Counted from the first letter of the whole stretch, positions 50,358-62,696 are shown. The stretch is 63,189 nucleotides of DNA, filler included, from Rhabdomonas costata (GCA_019059605.1; 56 parts of 56 records of this genome joined end to end with filler, not necessarily neighbours in it), one strand, 5' to 3'. Made by a program: numbers and translations. The notes: a model not told the origin generated them from the sequence alone.

Positions 50358-53300
50358 CTGCGGAATGGGCGGTGGTGTGATGATTTGTGCTATCAGCTGA
50401 AAAGGACTCAACAAATGACTAAAATCGTTGCTGGCACGGCGGCGTGCAATTGGGAAGACGGTGTGGAAGCCTGCAGCTCTTTCTCTTATCTCTTATCAAA
50501 ACACCAGCCCAAGGAAAAGCAAAAACGGAAAAGAAACATTGCTGTATCTGTGCAAGGGCGGAAAAAAAAAGTGGGGGGGGGGGCTGGCACAGTAACCGCC
50601 TGCTGCAACCTGGCGCGTGTACCTAAACCCCTGAACATGTAAAGAGTTCACACTGCAACAGGAGGTTATCATATGCAAGAGAAAGTTACAATTCACAACA
50701 CATTTAGGACAATGCGCACAGCCGTGCTTCAGCAGTCAGCAGCTGTTTCCACAACACCNNNNNNNNNNNNNNNNNNNNNNNNNNNNNNNNNNNNNNNNNN
50801 NNTTAATTAATTAANNNNNNNNNNNNNNNNNNNNNNNNNNNNNNNNNNNNNNNNNNNNTTGTTTGGGGAGAGGTGGTTGTGAAGGTGGGAGACGGCTGCA
50901 TTGTTTGTGTTTCTTTTGTTTCGGCATCTGCAGAGTCTGCCTTATTTTACTTGAGAGCGGTGTCGTTGACTTTGCTTCTTGTGCGTGCGAAGCTTTTTTA
51001 TTTGTCTAACTTTAGGTTTCCATTCCGATACTCGCCCGTGGCCTTTTGACACAACGCGCCATATTCACAAGAAGAGGGTCACAACGTCAAAGCCCTGCTA
51101 ACGACCAACGACTTGCACCGCGCGAAGTGAGCGGGTTGCCTTTGGGATCCTTTTGACCGTTGTGACTTTCAGGCGGCGGTCCACCAGTCGTTTGCGACCT
51201 GCGACAACTTGGGCGACATCACTGCGAAGGCAACCTCGCAGAGCATTTTGAGTACCATGATTGGAACTGGGTTGGGATGTGTCTTGGTGGCTTATTGCGG
51301 GGGTTCACAGGTCTGCTCGACTATATCGACTGCCCCTTGACTATCTCCTTTTCTTTTTGGGTGGCGAGAACGCCGTCTGAGAAACGGAAGCCTGCCTCTG
51401 TGATGCAGTGGTGGTACCTCTCGAGTTTCCACTCAAACGGTCACACGCGGGGAAATACGCGGACTAAAAAGTGAGAAGAACAATAAATCGTTGCTGGCAC
51501 CCCGGCGTGCAAGTGGGCAGCCCAGGTTTTCTCTTGTCAAATCACTAGCCCGACGCAAAACAAGAGTAAAAACAACGGCCCTTCCAAGCCTGTGTTAAGG
51601 CAAAAAGGGCCCAAAAACACCCAAGGTGGCTGGAAACACAAGCAATCCGGCCCCCTCCAGTGTTAGCCAGCGTGTTAGTACCCGGCCGAAAGCTCAGGCT
51701 CAGTATGCAGGCCTGAAAAGGTCCCCAGACCCTTGCAAATTTTCGAAGTCAAAAATGCCCTTCTAAGAGCCAAAATGGAACCTTGAAGGGGCCAGAACAG
51801 CAAAAAATGAAAGAACTTTACAGAACTGCAAAGAGCTTTCCGTGGGGACGTGTGAAGCAAACCTTCACATGACAACAGCACCAAACCCNNNNNNNNNNNN
51901 NNNNNNNNNNNNNNNNNNNNNNNNNNNNNNNNTTAATTAATTAANNNNNNNNNNNNNNNNNNNNNNNNNNNNNNNNNNNNNNNNNNNNGGGGGGATGACG
52001 AAAGAAAATACCCGTGTGGTATAGAGCTAGCTCAGTAAGGTTCTTTTCTTTCGTCATCCCCTCCCTTCTGTAGCACGGTGCTCCCTCCCCAAAGTCGTAT
52101 TCGTGCCCATCCTAGTTCATTAAGTTGAGGCCTAGTCTCCTTCCTTGTGAGCGTGGCTACAAGCCCGACGGTTGTGCAGTTTTTCCCCCATCTGTGGAGT
52201 TGGGTCTGTTCGGGTTTTGCTCACAATACAACAACTGTTTTTGGCATTCGTGATGCAAGCTTTTTTTTCAAGCCCTGGCAGAGATGCTCCACTTGGCCGC
52301 TCGTGCACCACCACGTCAAATCGCTTTCGCTTCCACAAACCCAGCAAAAAAAACGAAGAAATGAAGAAACCATTTTGCAGACACCACCACACCGATGATT
52401 GCCGGGAAGAGGGAAAGCCAGAAAGCATCGGCCGACAGCACACAAAGGGCTCACCCTTCCTTGATGTTTTTCTTGGATGAAAAAAGCAAACTCTTCATAC
52501 CACAGATGTCTTTTTGCATCTCTTTGTGTATTTCACGCTTTAGATGATACTACGCCTGGCACCACCTGCACTGTGTCATTTGGCAGGGGGAAATTCGACT
52601 GCATCTCCGCCTCGTGGCGGTGGTGGCCTCGGTTGGGGCTCGACAATTGGATTTTAAGTATGAGCCTGTGCCAATTCTTCCGGATGCTTTGGTCGGACAT
52701 TCTCCCGTCCACTGGTCCTTGCTGATTCTTTTGGCTTACTTCCAGGAGCGGTGATTTCTTTTCAATAAGGACTAATTCTTGTCCATGACTATAGCTGCTC
52801 GCAATGGGACATCTCCTTGAGTGTTGTTTACGTGTCCGCAACCCCTGACATTTTTGGGAGGTTACCAAATGATTCCTGTGGGGTACAGCGAAATAAACTG
52901 TATACGCGTGTGTGTTCGGCCAGCAATCACTTGGAAATTTATCGTGGTGGACGACATTTTTTTCTGCTTCCTTTGCCGCTGTCTTCAGCGCCATCGCCTT
53001 TCCCGTTCTCTACACACCNNNNNNNNNNNNNNNNNNNNNNNNNNNNNNNNNNNNNNNNNNNNTTAATTAATTAANNNNNNNNNNNNNNNNNNNNNNNNNN
53101 NNNNNNNNNNNNNNNNNNGGTGTTGTGGAGTGTGGGGTATGACTTGTTCTTCTTGGGGTATGACTGGTACTGAATGGTCAACCAATTTTTCATTTAATTC
53201 CGAGCTGTTTGTCAATCATGGGAATGCTGGCTGAGGACTTGCCCCTTGCTGGGCTTGCTGGGCTTGCACAGACAATGGAATAGAAGGGTCGGTCGAGCCG

Positions 53301-53554
53301 CGGCGAGGCCAGCCTGCGGCGCCTCCGGATAAGGGGGCGGCTGAGGCGGGGACGTTACCTAGGGAGGCGAATAATCGGAGCAGCATCAGGGAAATTTGGT
53401 GGATTGTGCAATCTTTACGTGCAGTGGTTATTTCTTCTTGTTCTGGGTTTGTTTTGAACGTACACCTGGGACCATGCCAAAGTGCCATGAACAATTACTG
53501 TTCAATTACCGGATGTGAACGAGTGAAGGTTGCATGGTAACAAAAAACAAAGAC

Positions 53555-53792
53555 CTGAGCAGAAACATGAGGGGAGGCCTTTGAAGTGGGAGCAGGTTGT
53601 GGCGGCAACTTTGCCCCTTCGTCAACGGCGGGAGGGAGGACCGCATCCTCGGCATCCGCACCGCAGGGATCATATTGGTGAAGCCTACGCCGCCAGAGCG
53701 CCAGCTGCCCATCCCAGGATCGCTTGCTACACTTCTGCAGCGGGTTTGGAGTTTGAGGGTCCGTTTTTGACCGCTTATCCTTCGGAACAGTC
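53555..53792 (-). CDS. SLBP: Histone mRNA stem-loop binding protein, RNA-binding domain exon (absent from the ORF track)
   Basis: ctgcAG|g TVPKDKRSKTDPQTPNPLQKCSKRSWDGQLALWRRRLHQYDP...SAQ|GTcttt contains the SLBP hallmark PxTPN...SxRSWDxQxxxWRRxLHxxDP. Confidence 0.88.
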
Positions 53793-54833
53793 CTGCAGGG
53801 AGAGGAAGCTCAGAAACCAGGAACGGCAAAAACAAAACAACAATTCACTCAAAAATCGCTGTGTATTTGTCATTCTTCTTCACGTGTGTGAGTTTTTCCT
53901 TTTTGGTCTTTTCATCGCACAAACGTTTTCGTGCACAAACGTGCACAAACGCGAACAAACATACACATGTCTCTGGGGCAAGGAAGGAAATTACATTCGG
54001 ACTCGGACGCCAAAGACCCCATGAATGCTTCCTCCTTTGGGTAAGCGCCTCAAGAAAAAACCAACTTTTTTGGCAAGCAAGGAGTGCGAGGAGGGGTAGT
54101 ACCACCTCACCAGTAGGGCGATTCTAGCTGCATGCTTTCCAACAAACCNNNNNNNNNNNNNNNNNNNNNNNNNNNNNNNNNNNNNNNNNNNNTTAATTAA
54201 TTAANNNNNNNNNNNNNNNNNNNNNNNNNNNNNNNNNNNNNNNNNNNNGTGTGGGTGTGTTTGGTGGGTTGTGTAACTTTCTCTCTCTGGTTTTTTTGCT
54301 CAATATCACTCTTTGGCTGGGCTCCTGCTTGAAATAGCATTCAAGTGCATGGTTCTGCCTTTTCTCAGCTTTCCTTCCTGCCTTGTCTTTTCAGTAAAGC
54401 GAACCCGGCATCCCGAGGAGTTCCCGTGGGTTTTGGTCAAGCAATAGCTGCAGTGGATGACCTTTCGGAGGTGAAATCTTGTATTTATGTGTAACCTAAA
54501 CGGTGCGGTGCACCTGCTCAGATGCAGATGCCATGTTTCAAAAACCTCCCACTCCCACGCTCTCCAACCTTCAACCCTGTTAAAGCTTGCACTGGTGTTC
54601 CAGTGGGAGCGAACTGGCGTACACAAAGTCAAGATGAGTGAGAAAATATTTCTTCTTCTTCTTCGTCCACTCAAGAAGAATACGAAAAGCAGCTTGGCAT
54701 GCATCGATGCTCCCGTGCACCAGCGGCTCAGCTTCATTGAATTTCACACTGTAGGCTGTATGCCCACCTCTTATGAAGAATATTTGACACCTGTGGGGTC
54801 TGGCCCCTTATAAACTTGAATTTTTTCTCTCAG

Positions 54834-55055
54834 CGCAAGGCAATGGTGCTGGAATGCTGGGAGATCTTGCAGTGTATTTTGGACTCTGTGGACAGCAGCA
54901 GCCTGGCAGAGGTGCCCTCCAGCAGCCGTGGCTTTGCACAGGACTTGAGCCAGGGCCGAGGGTCCTCTGTGCAACTTGCCGTGCTGCGGGGTGCGCGGCA
55001 ATTTTTGGAGCGGCAGTATGAAGGACACATCCAAAGCACCCTGGGAGCGAGCCAG
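54834..55055 (+). CDS. NUP93: Nucleoporin Nup93/Nic96-like exon
   Basis: ctctcAG|...VLECWEIL...VLRGARQFLERQYEGHIQSTL resembles Nic96 xxGARxYLExQFxxYI. Confidence 0.65.
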
Positions 55056-55096
55056 GCTGGAGCCACCCTTGCTCAGAAGCAAAGGGCAGCGCTGTT

Positions 55097-55097
<1 letters not shown>

Positions 55098-55132
<35 letters not shown>
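55098..55132. repeat. (CT)n microsatellite
   Basis: Read directly. Confidence 0.95.
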
Positions 55133-55135
<3 letters not shown>

Positions 55136-56510
55136 CATCCAGAGCCCAACCCATCCTCCGATTTCAGATGCGAAGCATCCCACAATAAGACGACCTCCAC
55201 CCCACAGTCCCAAAGAACCCGACGAAGAGCGTCCAAGGCAGGCGGAGATGGTGCCTTGCTGATGATGACCCAACCACTCCNNNNNNNNNNNNNNNNNNNN
55301 NNNNNNNNNNNNNNNNNNNNNNNNTTAATTAATTAANNNNNNNNNNNNNNNNNNNNNNNNNNNNNNNNNNNNNNNNNNNNGGGGTTTTTGTTGGCACTTG
55401 ATCTTCTGTAGGACACTTTCTTGAGGTGTGGAGTCAGGCACATTCGGAGAAGCCAATGCTGCGAAACTGTGCTTTCCTATTAGCTTTCCGTCGTTTTGCA
55501 CTGCACGCGAAAAGAAAGAAAGCAGCAGACGCACACTGTCGTTTCCTTGAGTTGGAATGACTGCTGTTTCGTTTTGGGAACTGGTTCGCTGTTTCTCAGT
55601 GTATGTCAGATAATGGATGCACCGTCTTTTTGTCGCTTTTCCGACCCTTCGGAGCCTCCGAGGAAGACGGCAGGCGCGACCTCACCCATTCACATTCACA
55701 TACATGAAGCAATGAGGATGCAGGGACATGCGCCCGGGCTGAGCGTATCTGCATTTGTGCCTGAATTGCTCAAAGACGACACACCCACGGATCCCGAATT
55801 TCTACGAATTTATCCCTGCCCACGTCTTGCTAGGGGGAGAACCCTCCAGAGACACCACCCCATCCAGTCTCCGCATCCCTCCCCATCTCAGTTGCCCTGT
55901 AAGGGTGGTCTATATTTTTGTGGGACTGACCGTTTTTTTGTCTTCATGTGCGCATCGCCTCTAAAGTGCTCGTTGCATTCTAGGTGTGCTTAATATTGCA
56001 CATTAGGAATGTTTTCCATCTCTATCGCGCAGCTTCTATTTTCCAGATTTTATTATCCGCGTCACCTGAAAAAAGTCACAACCAAAACAAGTGCACTGTA
56101 AATAGGGCCTTTTCGGACTTCGAAGCCAAAAAAAGGGCGTGATGAAAATCTGGTCTTTACGTGGTGGTGCTACTGCTTCCCTTCGGTCTGTTCTGTGTTT
56201 ATCTTTTCCTCCAATTCCAACAGAGGCACAGGGAGGGTCACTATCTCAGGTCGGATTAGACCTACTTCCTCGTTTATTGATTCCGAAAACTCACCAAGTT
56301 GTTCACACTCTCGGTGTGTGGCATCACGGTGCGTACGTTTACACACAAACGGGCCACACTCCAAGACGGGTTGCTTTTTCCCTTTTTAGCCATCGTGACT
56401 CCACACAAACNNNNNNNNNNNNNNNNNNNNNNNNNNNNNNNNNNNNNNNNNNNNTTAATTAATTAANNNNNNNNNNNNNNNNNNNNNNNNNNNNNNNNNN
56501 NNNNNNNNNN

Positions 56511-56880
56511 TTCGAAAGAGACTAATACGCCCTGGCACCATCGGTAAAAAGATAGGAGCCCGGAGCAATCTTGTCCACTAAAGGGCGGACATCGCGAATG
56601 GTTGGCGGACCGAACCTCCGTTCGTCAGAGTCCTTTTCATAGGCCTGTATGAAGATCCTACCCGTAGATCTGTCATACAGACCTCTGAAGTCACCCTTTA
56701 CATACCCTTTCAACTTCTGCTGCAGCCTCCAAGGACACAGAGCCTTGGTTCGACGGGCATCCGCACTGTGCTGCACCCGTGGTTATTCTCTACATCTCTC
56801 TTGGCTGCTTTCTCTGCCTGGGATTCCCAGTGCTTTTCATTCAATACTGGCCTTTGGTGCTCAACTATATCGACTATCCT
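56511..56880 (-). mobile_element. Merlin/IS1595-family (ISXO2-like) DDE transposase remnant
   Basis: GLYDRSTGRIFI...VRPLVDKIAPGSYLFTDGARAY matches IxPGSxIxTDxxxAY. In-frame stops flank it. Confidence 0.7.
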
Positions 56881-56999
56881 GAGCTACCGCGGACCGCATC
56901 GTCGGCAAACATAAACACACATACGCCAGAATAGGAAGGCGGACCTCCACAAGAGAGTGAGAGGGAAGGGGTGGGAGGAGTGGAGGAGTAGGCTCATGC

Positions 57000-57113
57000 C
57001 GCCAGGTTCACATTGGCCCCCGCGGTGACCACAAGGTGCTCCGCGATTTCCTCCAAATTCCGGGTGCAGGCAAGGTGCAGGGCGGTCAGACCCTTGGGCT
57101 GGTCCTGGGCGTC
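57000..57113 (-). CDS. Ankyrin-repeat exon (absent from the ORF track)
   Basis: acgcAG|DAQDQPKGLTALHLACTRNLEEIAEHLVVTAGANVNLA. Confidence 0.8.
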
Positions 57114-58947
57114 CTGCGTACAAAATGCCATGTACCCGAAATACACTCCCTCATTCCCACGAACAAAAAAGCACCACTTTGCGCAGTCCGTTGCTGTGGC
57201 TCTGCAATTCTTGGTTGGTGGATGTCCGCTGTGGGGCTATTTTGGAATGCCTCTCGGTCGGCTTTTGGTTGTCCAGTGCCACCATAATGGGTATGGGGAT
57301 GTGGTTAGGTGGAGATGCAGATGGGGGGCTTCAGATTCAGCAAAAAAAAATGATCTGAATCTTCAAGAAATTCTTCTAATTCTTCTAAATGAACATAATT
57401 CCAAATCACGCCACCACTTGCAGAATAACCCTGAACAACGTTCCTGTTGTTCTGTACGAATGTCAGATTCTCTCACGGATGCCTGTGGGTGTGTTTTCGA
57501 AACCCTGCGTGGCGAATACTGGGCGAGCTTCCCAACACCCNNNNNNNNNNNNNNNNNNNNNNNNNNNNNNNNNNNNNNNNNNNNTTAATTAATTAANNNN
57601 NNNNNNNNNNNNNNNNNNNNNNNNNNNNNNNNNNNNNNNNGGGTTGGTACGCTGATGCGCCAGATCCTCAGCCTGTTATTGCGTTGTAAGGGTGTCTGTT
57701 CTGTTTGATAGTGGTGCGCGTCTTAGATTGGGGTGCCCTCAGATGGGCTGCTGTTAGAGTGGGCACTGGAGGATTCTTTTCGGGGTGGGTTGCTGTCTGT
57801 AGTGATGGTGAGATGGTTTTGCTTTGTATTTTGCTTCTGGGGTGCCCGATGGTGGTTGATGATGTCACAGGTGTGTGTGTGTGTGTGTGCACAATGCTCT
57901 GCCCAACCCTGGCTGCACAGGGTGTGCTTGGCCGTTGCTCTTTTTTGGGGGGATATTTCCCACCTTTGTTTCCATATGGTGGAATTGAAAAAAGTTGTGC
58001 CAGGGCAGGATCACACTACTCCCGATACCGATGCCTGAGGAGTGGCTCCAAAATACCTATCGCCGCCGAAACCCTTCTCTTGGAATCTCGGGGATGTATG
58101 CCTGTGTGTGCGTGTGATTTTTTCGATTCCGAAACCGAACGTGACAAGCGAGTTGCAACCCCACGTTACATCACGATGGGCAACTTTATATAGGGGACGT
58201 TTGAAACATCTGTATTGCACACTACTTGGGTCTGAACAAATCCCCCAATTGGAGAACTCTTTTTCCAGGTCTGAGGCATTTGCGAGTCTTTTTCAGTGGC
58301 TCACTTTTTGACATGTGCGCCTTTATGACTTGGCTTCTCAAGCCCCGCACTCTGGAATGTTCAGGCGCTGCTGCAAATACCGACAAACTAGAGCCAGAGG
58401 CTTTTCACTTATGCTTTAGAGTTACGTGTGCAAGGGTCTCGTAATTCTGTCCCGTCATATGACTTGCATCACATACCCGAATAACCGAGGTTGATGGTCA
58501 CGTCAGTCACACAAACCGGCGGTAGAATTGGCTTTTGTGTGCACGCTGCATTTTTCCTTTTTGTTGCTGAGTGTCTGAATTCTTTCCGCCTCAGCTTTCA
58601 ACTGTTGGCGCCCCGTCTTTTCTGTGCGGGCATGCCTACTGTGCGAAAAATGCAGCGTGCACACCAAAACNNNNNNNNNNNNNNNNNNNNNNNNNNNNNN
58701 NNNNNNNNNNNNNNTTAATTAATTAANNNNNNNNNNNNNNNNNNNNNNNNNNNNNNNNNNNNNNNNNNNNTGTGGTTGGTAAAAAAGATACGAAGAACGC
58801 ATGATGGTAAAAGAAGAGAAAGAGACGTAAGGGTTAACAAACCACTGGAAAATGAGCGGCGAGAAAGATGTGGCGGTGAGGCACTGAGTACTTCGAAAGC
58901 GTTGTGGGGGGAAGAAGGTGATTTGGGGTTTCGGGTGCGAGCAGGAC

Positions 58948-59484
58948 CAGGGCATCAGCTTTGCCTTCCCCGCAAAGGAGGGGTCAAGCTTGTTTACGCA
59001 GTCCACTACACCGTCGAGGTAGGGGTGCAGCTCATCTGCAGCGACGTGATCCATCTTGAGGCAATCCATCAAGGTGATGAAATGTTCGCACTGCGCGAAA
59101 GAGAGCGCATAAATTAAAATCGAAAAAAGTACTTGAATATCCCCAACTCGGCTTTCAAGTCAGCATCTACTGTAAGTCACCCACACCCACACCAAGAGCA
59201 AAGTTAACATTAACATATTAAACAGGAGATGTGCAGCAGAACATCCACGCATGCTTCTTTGCCAAGAGAAGAAAGCCATCGCCAGCGTCAAAAAGCATTC
59301 CGTCACAAGCTCATCCCGGATTCGTTGCCTGGACCGAGGCTCAGAGTGCCAACGACCGATCCTCACGTACCAGCTGGAAGATGATGCCCTCCCGGCTGGC
59401 GCCAGGCCCTCGGTCGGCCCCACCGTGCTCTTGCACAGCGGTGACCCCCTTCTTGATCCGTAGCGTGGCCGCGGGGCAGTCCAT
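58948..59484 (-). CDS. VPS28: ESCRT-I subunit Vps28; exons 59484-59371 and 59090-58948
   Basis: MDCPAATLRIKKGVTAVQEH...IFQL|CEHFITLMDCLKMDHVAADELHPYL...FAGKAKLMPW. Confidence 0.9.
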
Positions 59485-60043
59485 CTACAAAAGTCAACGC
59501 ACAGCGCACTCTTTTTCGTAAAGATCCGCGCCGTTGAAGAAATACGGCATTCTCATTTGTGCAGCCGATTTCATGCCAGAAAGGAAACGCTGCGCCACCA
59601 TCCTTCACCCGCCGTTTTTACCATTGAAATTCCCTTCTTCTTTCCAGCCTTAGAAAGAAGGGCCTTTCCCAAATCAACAGAAAAGATGCCCTCGTTGAGA
59701 CACACACACACACACGCACACAGGGCGACAACATCGATAAACCCTCCATTACCTGGAAGTTCGAATACTCCCCAAAAAACAAATCTTTGATCTGCAGGGN
59801 NNNNNNNNNNNNNNNNNNNNNNNNNNNNNNNNNNNNNNNNNNNTTAATTAATTAANNNNNNNNNNNNNNNNNNNNNNNNNNNNNNNNNNNNNNNNNNNNT
59901 TGTTTTTGGCTATTTGGGGCATTATTCCGGAGACTGCACAAGAAAGCGAGACAAGGTCATGGTGCAGAAAAGAACATTGAGGAAGGGCTACGTCTTGGGG
60001 TCCAAGGGCCAAGACAAAGAGTCCAAGAAAGACCCGAAGTTAT

Positions 60044-60523
60044 TTGCCATCCTTCGCAAAGGAGAGGATCATTGTTAAATTGAGTTTTGTCGAGGTGGAG
60101 CAAGGTCCAGATAACTCCCTTGACCACCTGGCAGACTGCCTGGTTCATGGGCTTGACGGACCATCCCCTTCGTCGGTCTCTGCAACCTTCAGCAGATTTA
60201 GTGGACGTGCACCCCGGAAAGTTGGAAGGTTGGCCGCTGCAGTGGAGCGCCGAAAGCATCGTGAGAACGGACCGATCTGCAAGAGTGAGGGCCGGACTTG
60301 CCACGTCGTCGTCGAAGCCGTGGGCGCCTGGGGAGGGGAGGCACGCTCCCTTCTACATCGGTTGGCAAGAGCCTGGGCTCTGAAGCATGGCTACTCGAAG
60401 GCTGAAGCCATTCGGAAATGTTAGAACCGCATTGGGGTGGCCGTCCTCAGAGCTGTATGCCGCCAGCTGGAGCGCGGGTTTCCGGTGCCCGGGGTCGAGG
60501 CCTCCTCCCACCTGTCTCCTTGA
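60044..60523 (+). mobile_element. Restriction-like endonuclease C-terminus of a CRE/SLACS/CZAR-type non-LTR retrotransposon, decayed
   Basis: ADCLV...AAAVERRKH...C...VVEAVGAWGGEARSLL...*NRIGVAVLRAVCRQL. In-frame TAG at 60422. Confidence 0.75.
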
Positions 60524-62225
60524 GCTGTTGCCAAGCGCTTTTCGGGCACACCAAAAGCACACGCTCATGTTGAAGCGCAGCTGGGGATTAACTCGACGGG
60601 GCGCGCCTTCCCCAGTCGCCCGCTGTCAACACACAGCACGTGCATTCTTCATACAACTCATGATTTCCTTTGCTCCTAGCTCACACCCATTTGCTCTCCG
60701 TGTCTGACGCCGTTCGATCTGTGTGTTTTCGCTTCATGCGCGCGCCACCATTCATCACAGTGGTCTCTTCCCTTCCGGCGCCCACGTCTATGTGTTTTTT
60801 TATTGTTTGTTTACTGTTTTCATTGTTTATTGTGTTTATTGTTTTCATTGTTTTTTTTTCGTGTCATTGGGTGCGGAAAAAAAAACAATGAAAACAATAA
60901 ACACAATAAACAATGAAAACAGTAAACAANNNNNNNNNNNNNNNNNNNNNNNNNNNNNNNNNNNNNNNNNNNNTTAATTAATTAANNNNNNNNNNNNNNN
61001 NNNNNNNNNNNNNNNNNNNNNNNNNNNNNGTGTTGTTGGTAATCCTGAAACTGAGATTTCAATCTCTTCTTATCCCAATTTCAGGATTACCGACAACACC
61101 TCAAAGCAGTCGATGAAAATGTACTCCTCATTGCCTTCATTAAATGTTTTGATACAAATCTTGGTTTTCTGATAGCACAAGGCAAGCCAACTACGCTGAA
61201 TCAAGACTTCGAGTTGGCTTGGGACATCGTGACATCTTGTCACGCTCCCGTCATGGAAGAGCTACGTTGAACAAGAAAACTCGGAGATACTTACCGAGAT
61301 TTACGAAAAGCTCTAATTTCTCTGCAGGAAGGCATGCCAGTTCATCGCAAGTCAGAATAGGCAGTTTCTAGAAGAGAAGAACCTACGTCAACAGCAAACG
61401 TCATAAAACACTCCGCTACGCACCTAAGTTTTATGTACCGCTTTTGTAGTACGAGTCGAAGAAGTCAACCAATACAGAATGTTAACAAGAGGTCCGGTCA
61501 TCCTCGGACAAGTTGACCTAATGAGGTTTCCATCATCGTGCCACATCAGTACACCAGACAGCTTTCCCACCAGGTTTTCGACATACATCACCAAGAAGGG
61601 TATGGGAGCGACTACAGCCGGGGCTGTGGCCGCGGTTGGACGTCATGTTGAAGGGGCCGAGTCCAGACACATCAAACGACGACGTATCAACAGGAAAATC
61701 AACGAAGGGAGTTTGCCCACCATCCGATATGGGGTCTGGACCCATAATCATCCGGTTGTGGCAACGGACTGGATCACCACCAGGACGCGGGTCATCTCAG
61801 GACGCCAAATGCTTTAACTATTGACGGAATGGACACTTCAAGAGTAATTTACCCATGAAACAACATATGGAGGTTGTAGCACTGACGCAGCAAATACAAA
61901 AGTGGCAGAAGGAAGCACAAGAACCGCACCAAAATGCGGTGGCGGCAGCGCATAGATGGTGGCCCGCCATGACGCCACAACCACGGTTTCTCCACATCCC
62001 CAACCCACCAACCATCCCCGCACATATACCAGCACTACATCTACCTCATCAATCAGTCTNNNNNNNNNNNNNNNNNNNNNNNNNNNNNNNNNNNNNNNNN
62101 NNNTTAATTAATTAANNNNNNNNNNNNNNNNNNNNNNNNNNNNNNNNNNNNNNNNNNNNGGTTGTTGGGAGAGTTAATAGAGAAAAATAAAACAAATTCA
62201 GCGCGAGTGGAGTACCTACGACGCG

Positions 62226-62520
62226 GTGCTGACAGTCACATACCGTGCCGCAAATATAACTCACTTCATCCAGACATGGAACCAGTTGTGGGCAATTGAA
62301 ACAGCAGAGCATTTCCTTCGGCATGTGGTGAAGTACCAAGGCCTCAACAGCTCCATTATCTCCGAAAGAGACTCTAGATTCATGTCAGCCTTTGTGGAGA
62401 CTGTCTGTTTCCACATCTGCATTAGGATCCGACCCTCGAGCGCATTTCATCCTCAGACCAATTGACAGACCGAAAGAATTAATGCCACAATCAAGCAATT
62501 GCTTCGAGTGTCTCAGTACT
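62226..62520 (+). mobile_element. Ty3/Gypsy integrase core fragment, decayed
   Basis: ETAEHFLRHVVKYQGLNSSIISERDSRFMSAF...SSAFHPQTN*QTERINATIKQLLR (canonical IISDRD, HPQTDGQTER). Confidence 0.85.
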
Positions 62521-62696
62521 AATACATGTCTTGTCTCGATGTGCTTGAAATTGTCGAGATGGCCAACCATGACAACAAGATGAGGTTACTGACCCCTCAA
62601 CTGGCCCCATCCAAACCACCTTCAGTCGATTTTGTGGCGCGCAAGAATAGCGGTAATAAACTTGCTTAGTCAAAGATCAGACTTTTAGTCGAGTAA

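Noticed and set aside
51989-52061. 18-bp inverted repeat enclosing TAGCTCAGT (tRNA A-box-like)
   Set aside because: It is at a contig start, and there is no T-arm or cloverleaf.
58560-58590. CTGAGTGTCT match to the euglenid spliced-leader exon
   Set aside because: Only 10 nt match. The T-tract and the following GT donor are missing.
60807-60929. Inverted repeat of about 54 bp with a ~15-nt loop (miRNA- or MITE-like hairpin)
   Set aside because: The second arm terminates exactly at the contig end, so a fold-back artefact is more likely. It cannot be excluded without reads.
61030-61100. Imperfect ~28-bp hairpin
   Set aside because: It begins at the contig start within G/T primer-like sequence, the same pattern as the other end hairpins.
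1032-62159. Regularly spaced TTAATTAATTAA as a CRISPR-like or biological repeat
   Set aside because: It is an N-flanked six-frame-stop linker added during contig concatenation.
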